The notes beneath the pieces were generated by a model. It had not been told where the DNA came from. It saw nothing but the letters and a program-made list of their open reading frames with translations, and did not search any database. Positions 17,353 through 27,968 of a stretch of DNA of 32,000 bases are shown here, one piece after another. How positions within the stretch are numbered: position 1 is the stretch's first letter; each line of letters starts with the position of its first letter. The translations under genes were made by a program, and so were the position numbers. The stretch comes from Demequinaceae bacterium (lineage in GTDB: Bacteria; Actinomycetota; Actinomycetes; Actinomycetales; Demequinaceae): NCBI GenBank assembly GCA_965250005.1, contig OZ252279.1, forward strand, positions 210,001 through 242,000. The letters are read 5' to 3'.

Positions 17353-17877
17353 ATGACGGTGACCAGCGCCCGGCAGGCCCCCGCGCCCACTACCGAGGGG
17401 GACCCTGCCGCGCGCGCTCGAGATATCGCGCTGAGAATTCTCACCGGCGCGCCGCACAGCGCGATCTCGCTGCGAGACAAACTAATCAAGCGGGACGTGT
17501 CCCCGGGGATTGCGGATCACGTGATTCGGCGATACCGGGAGGTGGGGCTACTGGACGATTCAGAGCTCGCCGTCACCATCGCGCGAACCCGGCACCGTGA
17601 ACGAGGGCATGCACGCAGGTTGATCGCCCTCGAACTCTTGAGAAAGGGCTTCGAGGCCGCCGACGTCGAGGAAGCCCTCGGGCAGATATCGGACCAAGAC
17701 GAAGAGCACGCAGCGTATTCTCTGGCCGTGAAGAGATGGCGCAGACTCGCGGGGCTTCCCGCGGAGGTGCGAGCGCGGCGACTTGTGGCCATGCTCGGAC
17801 GGAAGGGCTACGCTCTTTCGATGGCGTACGGCCTCGTGAAAAGACTCGAATCTTCCGATATCTTGGGAAGCGAGTAA
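17353..17877 (+). CDS. recX: recombination regulator RecX
   Basis: 174 aa, starting 3 nt after the recA stop. It has the three-repeat helical RecX pattern (ARDIALRILT..., IADHVIRRYREVGLLDD, RRLVAMLGRKGY). Confidence 0.85.
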   Translation: MTVTSARQAPAPTTEGDPAARARDIALRILTGAPHSAISLRDKLIKRDVSPGIADHVIRRYREVGLLDDSELAVTIARTRHRERGHARRLIALELLRKGFEAADVEEALGQISDQDEEHAAYSLAVKRWRRLAGLPAEVRARRLVAMLGRKGYALSMAYGLVKRLESSDILGSE

Positions 17878-17903
17878 CTTCCGCCTACCAAGGAGATCGA
17901 GCC

Positions 17904-19370
17904 GTGCCCTCAGCGCAGTGGATCCAGTTGGTGCTCATCGCGATCCTGACACTTATCGCGGCTGTGGCGGTGGCGCTAGCCCAACGCGAGGCACGCGCCG
18001 TACGGAAGGCAGTCGCAATTGAATCAAGTGAGATTCGCGAAGAGGCGCGGGCGCTACTGTCCCAGGCGCAACGGCGCGAAGAGCGCCTGGCTCTACGAGA
18101 GCGCGAAATCGCCGAAGATCAGCGGAACGCCGCCAAGTATGTCCGGGAGGTTGAGGCGCGCGTCGTCGTTGTCGCGCACGACGAGAAGCGCCTTGTTGCA
18201 GAGCATGACAGGTTCGCCAAGGAACGCGAGAAGGAACTGGGCGCAATTGCCGAGTTGAAGCCCAAGGACGCGAAAGTCGAGTTTCTCAAGCAGATCAAAG
18301 CGGGGGCGCAGGCCGAAGCCGCGGCAGAGTTCCGCAGAATCGCCAAGCGACTGAAGGACGAATCCTCTGAGCGTGCGCGCGAAGTGCTTGTTGCTGCCAT
18401 GCAACGTCAGGCAGGCGAGGCGACGAGCCAACAAAGCGTGACGTGGATCAACCTCCCGTCCGAGGAGATGAAAGGCCGCATCATCGGGCGCGAGGGGAGG
18501 AACATTCGCGCCTTCGAGGCACTCACAGGGGTCAACCTGATCGTCGAGGAGGGAGTGGACGCCGTCATGGTTTCCTCGTTCGATGTCGAACGCCGCGAGA
18601 TCGCGGTCGCGACGCTATCCGCGCTACTAGAAGACGGGCGCATCCAGCCGCAACGTGTGGAGGCCGCGTACGCCGCTGCGGTCGCGAGTGCTCCCGAGCG
18701 CAATCACGACGCTGGCCTCGACGCGGCCGAGACGGCGGGAGTTGCGGGACTTGGAGGCGATGTGATCGACGCGCTTGGCCGACTGCGTCTTAGAACGTCA
18801 GCCGGGCAGAACGTTCTCGCCCACCTGGTTGAGACCGCAGGGATCGCGGCCGAGATCGCCACCACGCTCGAGGCGAACCAGGAGCTTGCGCGCCGGGCTG
18901 CGTTTCTTCACGATATCGGAAAGGTCTACACCGGCGAGCGCGAGGGGACACACGCGGCGCTTGGAGCTGCTCTTGCCGATCAGCAAGGTGAGAGCGCGGA
19001 AGTCGTCAACGCAATCGCCGCGCACCATGACGAGATTGAGCCCGCCACGATCGAGGCAGTCATCGTTCAAATCGCCGATGCGGTGTCGGCGTCGCGGCCG
19101 GGTGCCCGCCGAGACGACGCCGAGGGCTATGTGGAACGCATCGGTGCGCTGGAGAAAGAACTCGGTGCGATCGACGGTGTGACGGAGGTATATGCAATGT
19201 CCGCCGGGCGCGAGGTTCGAGTAGCGGTCGAGCCCGACATGATTGACGATGACCAGGTGGCCGTGCTGGCGCGTACCATTGCTAAGCGCATCGATGACGA
19301 CCCGAAGTATCCGGGGGAGGTCAAGGTAACGGTGATCCGAGAGACGCGCGCGGACGCAGTTGCTGGATAG
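17904..19370 (+). CDS. rny: ribonuclease Y
   Basis: GTG 17904 is preceded by AGGAG (17891-17895). It has an N-terminal TM helix ([21 protein letters not shown]), a long coiled-coil, a KH domain ([15 protein letters not shown]) and an HD domain (FLHDIGKV ... AAHHDE). The track start 17736 would overlap recX by 142 nt. Confidence 0.9.
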   Translation: MPSAQWIQLVLIAILTLIAAVAVALAQREARAVRKAVAIESSEIREEARALLSQAQRREERLALREREIAEDQRNAAKYVREVEARVVVVAHDEKRLVAEHDRFAKEREKELGAIAELKPKDAKVEFLKQIKAGAQAEAAAEFRRIAKRLKDESSERAREVLVAAMQRQAGEATSQQSVTWINLPSEEMKGRIIGREGRNIRAFEALTGVNLIVEEGVDAVMVSSFDVERREIAVATLSALLEDGRIQPQRVEAAYAAAVASAPERNHDAGLDAAETAGVAGLGGDVIDALGRLRLRTSAGQNVLAHLVETAGIAAEIATTLEANQELARRAAFLHDIGKVYTGEREGTHAALGAALADQQGESAEVVNAIAAHHDEIEPATIEAVIVQIADAVSASRPGARRDDAEGYVERIGALEKELGAIDGVTEVYAMSAGREVRVAVEPDMIDDDQVAVLARTIAKRIDDDPKYPGEVKVTVIRETRADAVAG

Positions 19371-19372
19371 GC

Positions 19373-20902
19373 ATGACACAGACCGCTGCGGCGGCGCCAA
19401 CGTACGTTGTCAGGACGCTGGGCTGTCAAATGAACGTGCACGACTCTGAGCACATGTCGGGGCTACTGGAGACCGCTGGCTACCGTCCCGCGGCGCCCGG
19501 AGAAAAGCTCGCCGACGTCGTCGTTATCAACACGTGTGCAGTGCGTGAGAACGCCGCCAACAAACTTTACGGCAGTCTTGGCATGCTTGCCCGCGACAAG
19601 AGAACGTGGCCGGGCATGCGAATTGCGGTGGGTGGTTGCCTGGCGCAGAAGGACCGTGGCGAGATCCTCGAACGCGCGCCCTGGGTTGATGTGGTGTTCG
19701 GCACGCACAACCTTGACGTTTTGCCGGTACTCCTCGAACGCGCGCGTCACAATGAAGAGGCGCAGGTGGAAATTGAGGAGAGTCTCAAGACCTTTCCGTC
19801 GACGCTTCCGTCGCGTCGTGACTCCATCGCATCCGGTTGGGTGTCCATATCGGTCGGGTGCAACAACACGTGTACTTTCTGCATCGTGCCCGCGCTGCGC
19901 GGCAAGGAACGGGACCGGCGTCCCGGCGACGTCCTTGCTGAGGTCGGCGCTCTAGTCGGGCAGGGCGCGGTAGAGGTGACGTTGCTGGGCCAGAACGTCA
20001 ACTCTTACGGCGTTGAGTTTGGGGACCGCGAAGCCTTCAGCAAGTTGCTTCGCGCGTGCGGTGAGGTAGAGGGCCTCGAGCGCGTGCGGTTCACGTCGCC
20101 GCATCCTGCCGCATTCACCGACGACGTGATCGCGGCGATGGCCGATACAGCGAACGTCATGCCCAGTCTTCACATGCCGCTGCAGTCCGGGTCCGACCGC
20201 ATATTGCGAGCGATGCGTCGTTCATATCGCTCGGACAAGTTTCTCCGCATCCTCGACAAGGTTCGTGATGCCATGCCGGATGCGGCTATCACCACCGACG
20301 TGATCGTCGGGTTCCCAGGCGAGTCTGAGGAGGATTTCTCGGAGACCCTGCGAGTGGTCGAGGCTTCGCGGTTCGCGTCAGCCTACACATTTCAGTACTC
20401 GCCGCGTCCCGGAACGCCGGCCGCAGACTTCGCTGATCAAGTGCCCAAGAACGTGGTTCAGGAGCGGTTCGAGCGCCTGCACGCGCTTCAAGAACGAATG
20501 TCTCTAGAGGGTAACCAGGAGCAAGTCGATCGTGTAGTCGAACTCATGGTGCTTGATGCGGGCGGCCGCAAGGACAAGGCCACGGCGCGCCTAAGTGGGA
20601 GGGCCGCTGACGGGCGAATGGTGCACTTCGCCGTACTGGCCAACGCCGATCTAACCCCGCGACCGGGGGACATAGTGACGGTTGGCGTGACTCAAGCTGC
20701 GCCACACCACCTGGTGGCTGACTCGGCTACTGTTGGGGGAACGTTTTCCGTTCGCGCTACGAGGGCGGGCGACGTGTGGGATCAGGTCCAAGCGGGCGAG
20801 CATACGCACACATCGGGAGGCTGTGGAGACGCGTGCGGCGCGAGTAACGCCGACAGTGCGATTGTGCTCGGGATACCGTCTCTTCGCCGCGTGGAGGCGT
20901 AG
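19373..20902 (+). CDS. miaB: tRNA-2-methylthio-N6-dimethylallyladenosine synthase
   Basis: 509 aa with an N-terminal UPF0004 domain ([12 protein letters not shown]), the radical-SAM motif [11 protein letters not shown] and a C-terminal TRAM domain. Confidence 0.9.
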   Translation: MTQTAAAAPTYVVRTLGCQMNVHDSEHMSGLLETAGYRPAAPGEKLADVVVINTCAVRENAANKLYGSLGMLARDKRTWPGMRIAVGGCLAQKDRGEILERAPWVDVVFGTHNLDVLPVLLERARHNEEAQVEIEESLKTFPSTLPSRRDSIASGWVSISVGCNNTCTFCIVPALRGKERDRRPGDVLAEVGALVGQGAVEVTLLGQNVNSYGVEFGDREAFSKLLRACGEVEGLERVRFTSPHPAAFTDDVIAAMADTANVMPSLHMPLQSGSDRILRAMRRSYRSDKFLRILDKVRDAMPDAAITTDVIVGFPGESEEDFSETLRVVEASRFASAYTFQYSPRPGTPAADFADQVPKNVVQERFERLHALQERMSLEGNQEQVDRVVELMVLDAGGRKDKATARLSGRAADGRMVHFAVLANADLTPRPGDIVTVGVTQAAPHHLVADSATVGGTFSVRATRAGDVWDQVQAGEHTHTSGGCGDACGASNADSAIVLGIPSLRRVEA

Positions 20903-20911
20903 CCAATCGCG

Positions 20912-21853
20912 ATGGAAGGCACGGGCTCTGTGACCTCCATAATCGCGGTTGTTGGCGGCACCGCAACGGGAAAATCTGTGCTCGCCCTTGATCTGGCAGA
21001 GCGACTTGACGGCGAGATCATCAACGCAGACTCGATGCAGTTCTATCGGGGAATGGACATCGGAACCGCGAAGCTTCCGGCTGACGAACGGCGCGGGATT
21101 CCTCACTTTCAGCTCGACACGTTGGATGTGACGGAGGACGCCACGGTTGCCACGTATCAGAGAGATGCGCGCGCAGACGTAGACGCGATTCACGCGCGCG
21201 GCCGTAGGGCGATCGTGGTTGGCGGTTCGGGGCTGTACATTCGGGCGTTACTTGACCGGTTTGAGTTCCCCGCCACTAACCCGGCGATCCGCGAGCGCCT
21301 CGAATCGCGCGCGGAGATAGAAGGCCCTGGTGTGCTGTACCGAGAACTCGCCATCGCGGATCCCAAGGCGGCAGCCAAGATACAGCCACAGAATGCCAAG
21401 CGAATTGTGCGCGCCCTCGAAGTCATTGAGATCACTGGAGCACCTTTCTCGGCCTCTCTTCCGACCCGCGAGTATGTGGCCCCCGCGATTCAGGTGGGAG
21501 TGAGGCTTCCGTATAGCGACCTCGACCCACGAATTGATGCTCGTGTGCGCCGGATGTGGGACCTGGGACTCGTCGGCGAGACTCGGCGCCTGGTCGACGC
21601 CGGGCTGAAGTCGGGGACGACGGCTCGGCGAGCGGTGGGATACGCCGAGACTCTGCGGCACCTGGATGGGGAGCTCTCGGCTGAGCAGACGAAGGAGATG
21701 ATTGCTCAGCACACGCGGCGCCTGGCGCGCAGGCAGCATCGGTGGTTCGGCCCCGATTCGCGGGTTCGGTGGGTGGACGGCCCGGTCTCCGAGCGCGATC
21801 AGCAGCGGGTGGCGACGCAGGCACTCGAAGCAATCGCTAGCCTTGACGCATGA
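20912..21853 (+). CDS. miaA: tRNA dimethylallyltransferase
   Basis: 313 aa with P-loop GGTATGKS and the motifs INADSMQFYRGMDIGTAK and GGSGLYIRALL. Confidence 0.9.
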   Translation: MEGTGSVTSIIAVVGGTATGKSVLALDLAERLDGEIINADSMQFYRGMDIGTAKLPADERRGIPHFQLDTLDVTEDATVATYQRDARADVDAIHARGRRAIVVGGSGLYIRALLDRFEFPATNPAIRERLESRAEIEGPGVLYRELAIADPKAAAKIQPQNAKRIVRALEVIEITGAPFSASLPTREYVAPAIQVGVRLPYSDLDPRIDARVRRMWDLGLVGETRRLVDAGLKSGTTARRAVGYAETLRHLDGELSAEQTKEMIAQHTRRLARRQHRWFGPDSRVRWVDGPVSERDQQRVATQALEAIASLDA

Positions 21854-22764
21854 CAAGCGAGACACTGCGCTTCACCAAGGGGCACGGCACGGAAAACGAC
21901 TTCGTGCTGCTCTTTGATGCGGATGGGCAGATTGACCTCACGCCAGACTTGGTTCGAGCGCTGTGCGACAGGCGCGGCGGTATCGGCGGCGACGGCGTGA
22001 TTCGGGCCGTTAGGGTTGGCAGTCTTGGCGCCGCCACGGGGAAGGCCAGTGCGATCAAGGGCCAGTCCAAGGACCGTTGGTTCATGGACTACTGGAATTC
22101 GGACGGTACGACCTCCGAAATGTGCGGCAACGGCATCCGCGTCTTTGCTGCGCTGCTTGAGCGTGATGCTGCGGAGGATCTATCAGGCGGTGTGGAAATC
22201 GCGACCCGGGGTGGCACGAGGTCGGTGCGGGCGCTTGGCGACGGAATCTACGCTGCGGATATGGGGCCATGGGCGATCCCCGGCGAGGGCGTCGCCGACG
22301 TTGATGTGTCGGTGCGCGGACTCGATGGCGTGCGTTCGGGTATCTCCGTGGACATGAGCAACCCTCACGCGGTGGTCGCCGTATCTTCCGAGGTAGAGCT
22401 AAGCCGCGCTGATCTGTCTACGGCGCCAGTTCTCGTGCCTGCGCCTTCAGCGGGCGCGAACGTCGAGCTCGTTGTGGCCTTGCGAACGGCGGGCGCGGCG
22501 AACGACGAAGGTGAGGCCGTGGGATTCGCGCGCATGCGCGTGCACGAGCGAGGCTCGGGCGAGACCCGTTCGTGTGGCACGGGCGCCTGCGCCGCGGCCC
22601 TCGCGGTCCACTTGTGGGCCGGGGCGGATTCACCTCGCATCTGGCACATTGATGTGACTGGCGGGCGCGTTACGGTTCGCATCGAGGACGCGCGAACCAT
22701 TTTGGAGGGTCCCGCCGTGCTGGTCGCAGATGGAGAAGTCTCGCTTGCAGCAATTGGTGCCTAG
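21850..22764 (+). CDS. dapF: diaminopimelate epimerase
   Basis: 304 aa with an ATGA overlap with miaA. The two catalytic Cys are in their typical contexts MCGNGIR and SCGTGACA. Confidence 0.9.
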   Translation: MTSETLRFTKGHGTENDFVLLFDADGQIDLTPDLVRALCDRRGGIGGDGVIRAVRVGSLGAATGKASAIKGQSKDRWFMDYWNSDGTTSEMCGNGIRVFAALLERDAAEDLSGGVEIATRGGTRSVRALGDGIYAADMGPWAIPGEGVADVDVSVRGLDGVRSGISVDMSNPHAVVAVSSEVELSRADLSTAPVLVPAPSAGANVELVVALRTAGAANDEGEAVGFARMRVHERGSGETRSCGTGACAAALAVHLWAGADSPRIWHIDVTGGRVTVRIEDARTILEGPAVLVADGEVSLAAIGA

Positions 22765-22782
22765 GCGGCGGCTGCTCGCGCT

Positions 22783-23430
22783 CTAGGGCGTACCTGGGCT
22801 GCGTGTGAATCGCAGGACTCGGAACCCCTTGGCGCTCGTGAGCTTTTCGATTTCCCCCCACGGGGTCCCGGCTGAGTCCCGCTGACTCGCGACCCACGGC
22901 ACCAGCGAGTCCGCGCCCAGATTTCTCTGCACCACTAGATGCGCGTCGGCGCCTGCCTTCAGGCGGGGGAGCCACGTGGCGAGGATGCCGTGCAGCGCTT
23001 CTTTGCCTACTCGGATGGGAGGGTTGGACCACACGGCGTCGAGGGCAAGGGATTCGGGCACCTCTGTTGGGGTGGCGACGGTGATCTGCGCCATCGGAAA
23101 TTTGCGGGCAAGAGTCTCCGCGTTCCTTCGGGTCAGGTCGAGCGCGCGCTCGTTGACGTCCACCGCCCACACGTGAGCATCTGGCGCTAGCAGGGCCATC
23201 GTGAGCGCGATCGGCCCCCATCCGCAGCCCACGTCGAGTAAATTGCCTGCTGGCGGTGGTGGAGTCGATCGCAACAGAACCGATGTCCCCAGGTCGATTC
23301 GCCCGGGGCTGAAGATGCCTCCCGCGCTCTCGAGCGCCAAGGTGTGGCCCGCGAGCGTGACAGTAAGCGGGCGGCGCTCGGACGGAGACGCCGGGTTCGC
23401 AGAAAAATAGTGATCTTCACTCACGAGCAC
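22783..23430 (-). CDS. class I SAM-dependent methyltransferase (RsmC/RsmD-like small-domain MTase)
   Basis: It has the SAM motif LLDVGCGWGPIAL and the NPPIRVG (NPP[FIY]) motif. The start is set at GTG 23430 (VLVSEDHYF...). The track's ATG 23532 would run through the hflX start region. The start remains uncertain. Confidence 0.72.
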   Translation of the reverse strand: MLVSEDHYFSANPASPSERRPLTVTLAGHTLALESAGGIFSPGRIDLGTSVLLRSTPPPPAGNLLDVGCGWGPIALTMALLAPDAHVWAVDVNERALDLTRRNAETLARKFPMAQITVATPTEVPESLALDAVWSNPPIRVGKEALHGILATWLPRLKAGADAHLVVQRNLGADSLVPWVASQRDSAGTPWGEIEKLTSAKGFRVLRFTRSPGTP

Positions 23431-23478
23431 CGAGCGTACCTGTACCCCAGCGCGGTGAGACAATGGGCGCGAGGAACT

Positions 23479-24984
23479 ATGACACAACCAGAACTCGAAC
23501 CGCCCAGCGCGGACGATGTAACGCGCTCCCACGCACAGGATGTGGTCGAGCGAGTGTTGTCGCGCGCGGGAACAGAATTGTCCGACGCAGCACCGAGCGC
23601 GACTTCATATGACGGCGATCAACTTGAGCGCGAGGAACGGGCGGCGCTGCGTCGCGTGGCCGGCCTTTCCACGGAACTCCAGGACATTCACGAGGTTGAG
23701 TACCGCGAGGTCCGGCTCGAGCGCGTAGTGCTGTTGGGTCAGTTCCCTCAAGGCAAATTCCTCGAGGCCGAGGTGTCGCTTCGCGAGCTCGCCGCGCTCG
23801 CAAAGACAGCTGGATCCGACGTGCTCGACGGAGTCCTTCAGCGGCGCCCGCACCCTGACCCGGCGACCTACATCGGCTCAGGTAAGGCCAAAGAGGTCGC
23901 GGCGATCGTCGCTGAAACGGGTGCGGATACCGTCATCGTGGACGACGACCTCGCGCCATCTCAGCGACGCGCACTCGAAGATGTGATCCGCGTCAAGGTT
24001 GTAGACCGGACGGCGCTCATTCTCGACATCTTCGCCCAGCACGCTAAGTCCAAGGAGGGCAAGGCTCAAGTCGAACTCGCCCAGCTCGAGTACCTGTTGC
24101 CGCGATTGCGTGGCTGGGGAGATTCGCTTTCCAGGCAGGGCGGAGGCCGGGTTGCTGGGGGAATGGGCATTGGGGGCCGTGGGCCTGGCGAGACCAAAAT
24201 CGAGTTGGACCGCAGGCGAATCCGCACGCGTATGGCCATTTTGCGTCGCCAGATCAAGGGCATGGGGCCAGCCCGCCAGGTGCGCCGCAGCAGGCGCGAT
24301 CAACTTCCCAACGTCGCGATTATCGGGTACACAAACGCGGGAAAGTCTTCGCTACTCAACCGAATTACTGGAGCAGGTGCGCTCGTGGAAAATGCGCTGT
24401 TCGCCACGCTCGATCCAACAGTGCGAAAATCGCAGACGCCTGACGGGCGCGCGTTCACCGTGGCGGACACCGTCGGCTTCGTGCGCGACCTTCCCCATCA
24501 GTTGGTCGCGGCTTTTCAGTCGACGCTCGAGGAAGTTGCTCATGCTGATCTGGTGCTTCACGTCGTAGACGCCGCACACGCGGACCCGGAGGGGCAGATT
24601 GCTGCGGTCCGCGCGGTGCTCGACGAGGTTCCCGGCGCAACTGATGTCAAAGAAATCCTCGTTCTCAACAAGGTGGACCGGGCCAGCCCAGAGGCGCTCC
24701 TCCGTCTGGGCGCCCGCCCGGAAATGACTCTTGAGGTTTCCGCCCTTACCGGTGAAGGGATGACCGTGTTGCTAGCAGCCGTCGGGGCGGAACTCCCTGC
24801 CCCGGATGTGCACGTGAACGTGGTCGTTCCATACACGCGGGGCGACCTAGTGAGCGAGGCTCACGAACACGGAAACATTATTAGGGAGGAGCACCGCGAG
24901 GCCGGTACCCACTTGGAGGCGCTGGTGGAAGGCGCGCTCGCGGCACGCTTGAAGGCCGCTGCCGCACCAAATGAGACGGCGTGA
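23479..24984 (+). CDS. hflX: GTPase HflX
   Basis: ATG 23479 is preceded by GAGGAA (23471-23476). It has the HflX N-terminal domain (RALEDVIRVKVVDRTALILDIF) and G-domain motifs GYTNAGKSSLLN, DTVGF and NKVD. Confidence 0.9.
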   Translation: MTQPELEPPSADDVTRSHAQDVVERVLSRAGTELSDAAPSATSYDGDQLEREERAALRRVAGLSTELQDIHEVEYREVRLERVVLLGQFPQGKFLEAEVSLRELAALAKTAGSDVLDGVLQRRPHPDPATYIGSGKAKEVAAIVAETGADTVIVDDDLAPSQRRALEDVIRVKVVDRTALILDIFAQHAKSKEGKAQVELAQLEYLLPRLRGWGDSLSRQGGGRVAGGMGIGGRGPGETKIELDRRRIRTRMAILRRQIKGMGPARQVRRSRRDQLPNVAIIGYTNAGKSSLLNRITGAGALVENALFATLDPTVRKSQTPDGRAFTVADTVGFVRDLPHQLVAAFQSTLEEVAHADLVLHVVDAAHADPEGQIAAVRAVLDEVPGATDVKEILVLNKVDRASPEALLRLGARPEMTLEVSALTGEGMTVLLAAVGAELPAPDVHVNVVVPYTRGDLVSEAHEHGNIIREEHREAGTHLEALVEGALAARLKAAAAPNETA

Positions 24985-26980
24985 GGGTACTCGCCCCGGC
25001 ACAAGGGCAGAGCGCGTGACCGAACGGCCCAGCACTGACGATGCTCCCGAGTCGCCCGACGCCACGAAGAATCTGCTTCAGCTCGCCATAGACGAACTCG
25101 GGGGAGAACGCCGTGCGGGCCAAGAGAACATGGCGACTGTGGTGGCGGACGCCTTTGTGGACGGAAGTGCTGCGCTCATTCAGGCGGGTACCGGCACAGG
25201 CAAGTCTCTGGGCTACCTGGTACCGGCTGTGGCGCGTGCGGTCCGGGAGGACGCGCGGATTGTCATCTCCACCGCGACGATTGCGCTTCAGCGCCAGGTG
25301 TTCCAGAGCGACCTTCCCCTGGTCGCAGATGCGCTTTCCGAGGAACTCGGGGGGAGACCGCGCGTGGCGCTTCTCAAGGGGCGCAACAACTATCTGTGCC
25401 GCCACAAGCTGGCGGGGGGCTATCCCGAGCCCGCGGACGAACTGTCGCTTGGCGAGGTGGCGGGGCCGTCCTCGGCTCTTGGCAGGGAAGTCGCGCGCCT
25501 GAACGAGTGGGCGAAGGACACCGGCACGGGGGATAGAGATGACCTGGTTCCCGGCGTGACAGGCCGCGCGTGGTCGCACGTGAGCGTCTCAGCGCGCGAG
25601 TGCTTGGGGCAGAAGTGCCCCCTAGTTACCGAGTGTTTCTCGGAGTTGGCGCGAGAAGAAGCGCGGGCGGCAAACGTCGTTGTGACAAATCACGCAATGC
25701 TGGCAATCAATGCCACTAGCCACGACGTGCTCGGGCCGCATGACGCGCTTGTCGTCGACGAAGCGCACGAGCTCACCGCGCGCATCACCCAGGCCGCCAC
25801 TGCCGAGTTGACGGTTGCCCGCGTGGACGCCGCTGCGCGCGCCACTCGCCGGTGTGGAATCTCCACAGAAGGGCTCGACGACGCGTCCCGTGCGCTCGAC
25901 CGTGCGTTCGATCGACTTGAGGTCGGCAGATTGCGCGGCGGCCTGCCTGAGGACCTCGCGCTGCCCATTGCGGCCGTGCGTGATAGCACGCGCGAAGCGA
26001 TCACCGCAGTGAAGGACAAGGCGGAAGAGGCGGGTGCCGCGGCCCAGTTGGCGGGCGCAGCGCTCTCTGAGGTTTTCGCGATGTGCGACACGGTGCTCGC
26101 CGACGAGGGAGGGCAGGTCATCTGGCTCGCGCCGCCGGACGGCGAATTCGACGCCACCATCCCGTCCCGATTGCTGGCGGCGCCGCTCAACGTAGCAGCG
26201 CTTGTTGGCGAGAATCTCGTTGGCGACCACGCCGCCGTGTTCACCTCGGCCACGCTGGCGCTTGGCGGGTCTTTCGCGTCTATGTCTTCCGCACTTGGTC
26301 TCGAGGACCCGGTGACGCTCGACGCGGGGAGTCCATTCGACTACGCCAAGCAGGGGATCCTTTACGTCGCCGCGCACCTCGAGCGTCCCGGTATGGGAGG
26401 CATCTCTGACGAGGCGCTCGATGAACTCGAGGCCCTCATCTCTGCCGCGGGTGGACGCACGCTGGGCCTGTTCTCGTCGCACCGTGCGGCTCAGGCGGCA
26501 ACCGAAGCAATTCGAGAGCGGCTCGACGTCCCGGTTTTCAACCAACTCGATGATCAGGTGTCCACGCTCGTATCCCAGTTCAGGGAGGACCCGCGAGCTT
26601 GCCTGTTTGGCTCCAAGACGTTGTGGCAGGGCCTCGACATTCAGGGCGAGACGTGCCAACTGGTGGTGATCGATCGGATACCGTTTCCGCGTCGGGACGA
26701 TCCCATCACGCAAGCACGATCCGAGGCGCTCGCGCGATCAGGCGGTAACGGCTTCATGGGCGTTTCGGCAGCGCACGCGGCGCTGCTGCTGGCGCAGGGC
26801 GCGGGAAGGCTGATCCGATCGGCGGAAGATCGCGGGGTGGTGGCCGTGCTCGACTCGCGGCTCGCTAGCGCGCGCTACGCATCCTTCCTCACGCGGTCGA
26901 TGCCCCAAATGTGGCCGACAACGGACCGCGAGAGCGCATTTCGGGCTCTCCGCAACCTGGACGGTTCGCAAACAAAGTAG
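24971..26980 (+). CDS. dinG: ATP-dependent DNA helicase, DinG/XPD-like with Fe-S cluster cysteines
   Basis: 669 aa with Walker A AGTGTGKS and DEAH box VVDEAHEL. Four Cys (NNYLCRHK, ECLGQKCPLVTEC) sit in the XPD-type Fe-S position. The C-terminal helicase motif is GRLIRSAEDRGVVAVLD. It overlaps the hflX end by 14 nt. Confidence 0.8.
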   Translation: MRRREGTRPGTRAERVTERPSTDDAPESPDATKNLLQLAIDELGGERRAGQENMATVVADAFVDGSAALIQAGTGTGKSLGYLVPAVARAVREDARIVISTATIALQRQVFQSDLPLVADALSEELGGRPRVALLKGRNNYLCRHKLAGGYPEPADELSLGEVAGPSSALGREVARLNEWAKDTGTGDRDDLVPGVTGRAWSHVSVSARECLGQKCPLVTECFSELAREEARAANVVVTNHAMLAINATSHDVLGPHDALVVDEAHELTARITQAATAELTVARVDAAARATRRCGISTEGLDDASRALDRAFDRLEVGRLRGGLPEDLALPIAAVRDSTREAITAVKDKAEEAGAAAQLAGAALSEVFAMCDTVLADEGGQVIWLAPPDGEFDATIPSRLLAAPLNVAALVGENLVGDHAAVFTSATLALGGSFASMSSALGLEDPVTLDAGSPFDYAKQGILYVAAHLERPGMGGISDEALDELEALISAAGGRTLGLFSSHRAAQAATEAIRERLDVPVFNQLDDQVSTLVSQFREDPRACLFGSKTLWQGLDIQGETCQLVVIDRIPFPRRDDPITQARSEALARSGGNGFMGVSAAHAALLLAQGAGRLIRSAEDRGVVAVLDSRLASARYASFLTRSMPQMWPTTDRESAFRALRNLDGSQTK

Positions 26981-27035
26981 CCAGTGACGGAGAGCCTTAG
27001 GAGATCACGAGCTCACTGTTCTGAGGCTAGGGCAG

Positions 27036-27785
27036 TTAGACCCGACGCAGCACCGATACGACCTTGCCCATGATTGACGCGTGATCGCCATCGATCGGCG
27101 CGTGCGCGGGGTTGTGCGGCATGAGCCACACGTGCCCGTCCTGGCGCTGAAACGTCTTGACTGTGGCCGAGTCGTCGAGCAGAGCTGCGACGATGTCGCC
27201 GTTTTGAGCGGTCTGCTGGCGGCGAACCACGACCCAGTCGCCGTCGCAAATGGCGGCGTCGATCATTGAGTCGCCGGTGACGCTGAGCATGAAGAGCTCG
27301 CCGTCACCGGTGAGCTGCTTGGGCAAAGCGAAGACGTCGTCGACCGCTTGGTCGGCGAGCATGGGGCCGCCGGCGGCGATACGCCCGACGAGCGGGACCA
27401 TGGTGACGTCTTCGCCGCCTCCCTCGACTCCGAGGAAGCGGTTTGCGGCCTCAACGACGGCCGACGATGTGCCCGTATCGAGGGCGTCCCGCTTGGTGGC
27501 TTCAGGGGTGACGACTTCAATAGCACGGGGGCGATTGGGGTCGCGGCGCAGGTAGCCCTTGGTCTCCAGCGCCTCCAGCTGATGCTTGACGCTCGAAGTG
27601 CTCGTGAGGCCGACGGCCTCGCCGATCTCGCGCATGGTGGGCGGGTAGCCGCGCTCGTGCACGGAAGACCTGATGGTCTCGAGAATGCGCTCCTGCCGCG
27701 AGGTGAGTTCAGCGCCCGTATGAACGTCAGGGAATTCGTGGATGGTTGCGCCGATGGCATCACCGGGTGCATTTTGCTCGTCCAT
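27036..27785 (-). CDS. lexA: SOS repressor LexA
   Basis: 249 aa with a winged-HTH ([33 protein letters not shown]), the cleavage region GRIAAGGP, and the Ser/Lys dyad contexts GDSM and ATVKTF. Confidence 0.95.
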   Translation of the reverse strand: MDEQNAPGDAIGATIHEFPDVHTGAELTSRQERILETIRSSVHERGYPPTMREIGEAVGLTSTSSVKHQLEALETKGYLRRDPNRPRAIEVVTPEATKRDALDTGTSSAVVEAANRFLGVEGGGEDVTMVPLVGRIAAGGPMLADQAVDDVFALPKQLTGDGELFMLSVTGDSMIDAAICDGDWVVVRRQQTAQNGDIVAALLDDSATVKTFQRQDGHVWLMPHNPAHAPIDGDHASIMGKVVSVLRRV

Positions 27786-27851
27786 TTCCCGCTCTTTTCC
27801 GCTGGCTCCTGCAGGCTGCGTGTCAGACCCGCGTGTGCCTCTTGTGACATG

Positions 27852-27892
27852 ACGTTAGGCCAAGAACACGCAGAAATCAAACACCTGTTCGA
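27852..27892 (-). promoter_or_regulatory. putative lexA promoter with overlapping degenerate SOS box
   Basis: On the minus strand, -35 TTGATT (27880-27875), a 17-nt spacer and -10 TAACGT (27857-27852). TCAAACACCTGTTCGA (27877-27892, one mismatch to TCGAAC-N4-GTTCGA) overlaps the -35. Confidence 0.4.
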
Positions 27893-27899
27893 GCGTGTC

Positions 27900-27929
27900 T
27901 TGCATTTCTACACACGCCCGTGCTACAAA
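27900..27929 (+). promoter_or_regulatory. putative promoter of the LysM gene
   Basis: -35 TTGCAT (27900-27905), an 18-nt spacer and -10 TACAAA (27924-27929). The tandem SOS boxes begin at the next base. Confidence 0.4.
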
Positions 27930-27960
27930 TAGAACAGGTGTTCGACGAACATACGTTCGA
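27930..27960. promoter_or_regulatory. two abutting LexA operators (SOS boxes)
   Basis: TAGAACAGGTGTTCGA (27930-27945) and ACGAACATACGTTCGA (27945-27960) share one base. Each has one mismatch to TCGAAC-N4-GTTCGA. They lie between the predicted -10 and the LysM start codon. Confidence 0.8.
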
Positions 27961-27968
27961 ATAGGGGA

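Noticed and set aside
17736-17903. Upstream extension of the RNase Y ORF (track start 17736)
   Set aside because: It would overlap recX by 142 nt, and the added residues are Arg/Gly-rich. GTG 17904 has an AGGAG SD and begins exactly at the expected N-terminal TM helix.
19665-19745. Exact 15-nt repeat TCCTCGAACGCGCGC at 19665-19679 and 19731-19745 inside miaB (contains a CGAAC half-site)
   Set aside because: Both copies are in-frame coding sequence for similar peptides (LERA). A single 15-mer repeat is about what chance predicts in 32 kb of GC-biased DNA. There is no GTTC partner at N4 spacing, so it is not an SOS box.
23344-23478. Upstream extension of hflX (track start 23344), and the mirror extension of the methyltransferase to 23532
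   Set aside because: The two extensions overlap each other on opposite strands and are basic, non-homologous sequence. ATG 23479 has a GAGGAA SD. The methyltransferase homology starts near GTG 23430.
25622-26713. 363-aa minus-strand ORF inside the DinG-like helicase gene
   Set aside because: It is antisense to a CDS with clear helicase motifs, and its composition is Arg/Glu/Val-rich noise.
27951-27965. GTTCGAAT string resembling a tRNA T-arm
   Set aside because: It is the right half of an SOS box. There is no acceptor or anticodon stem context around it.
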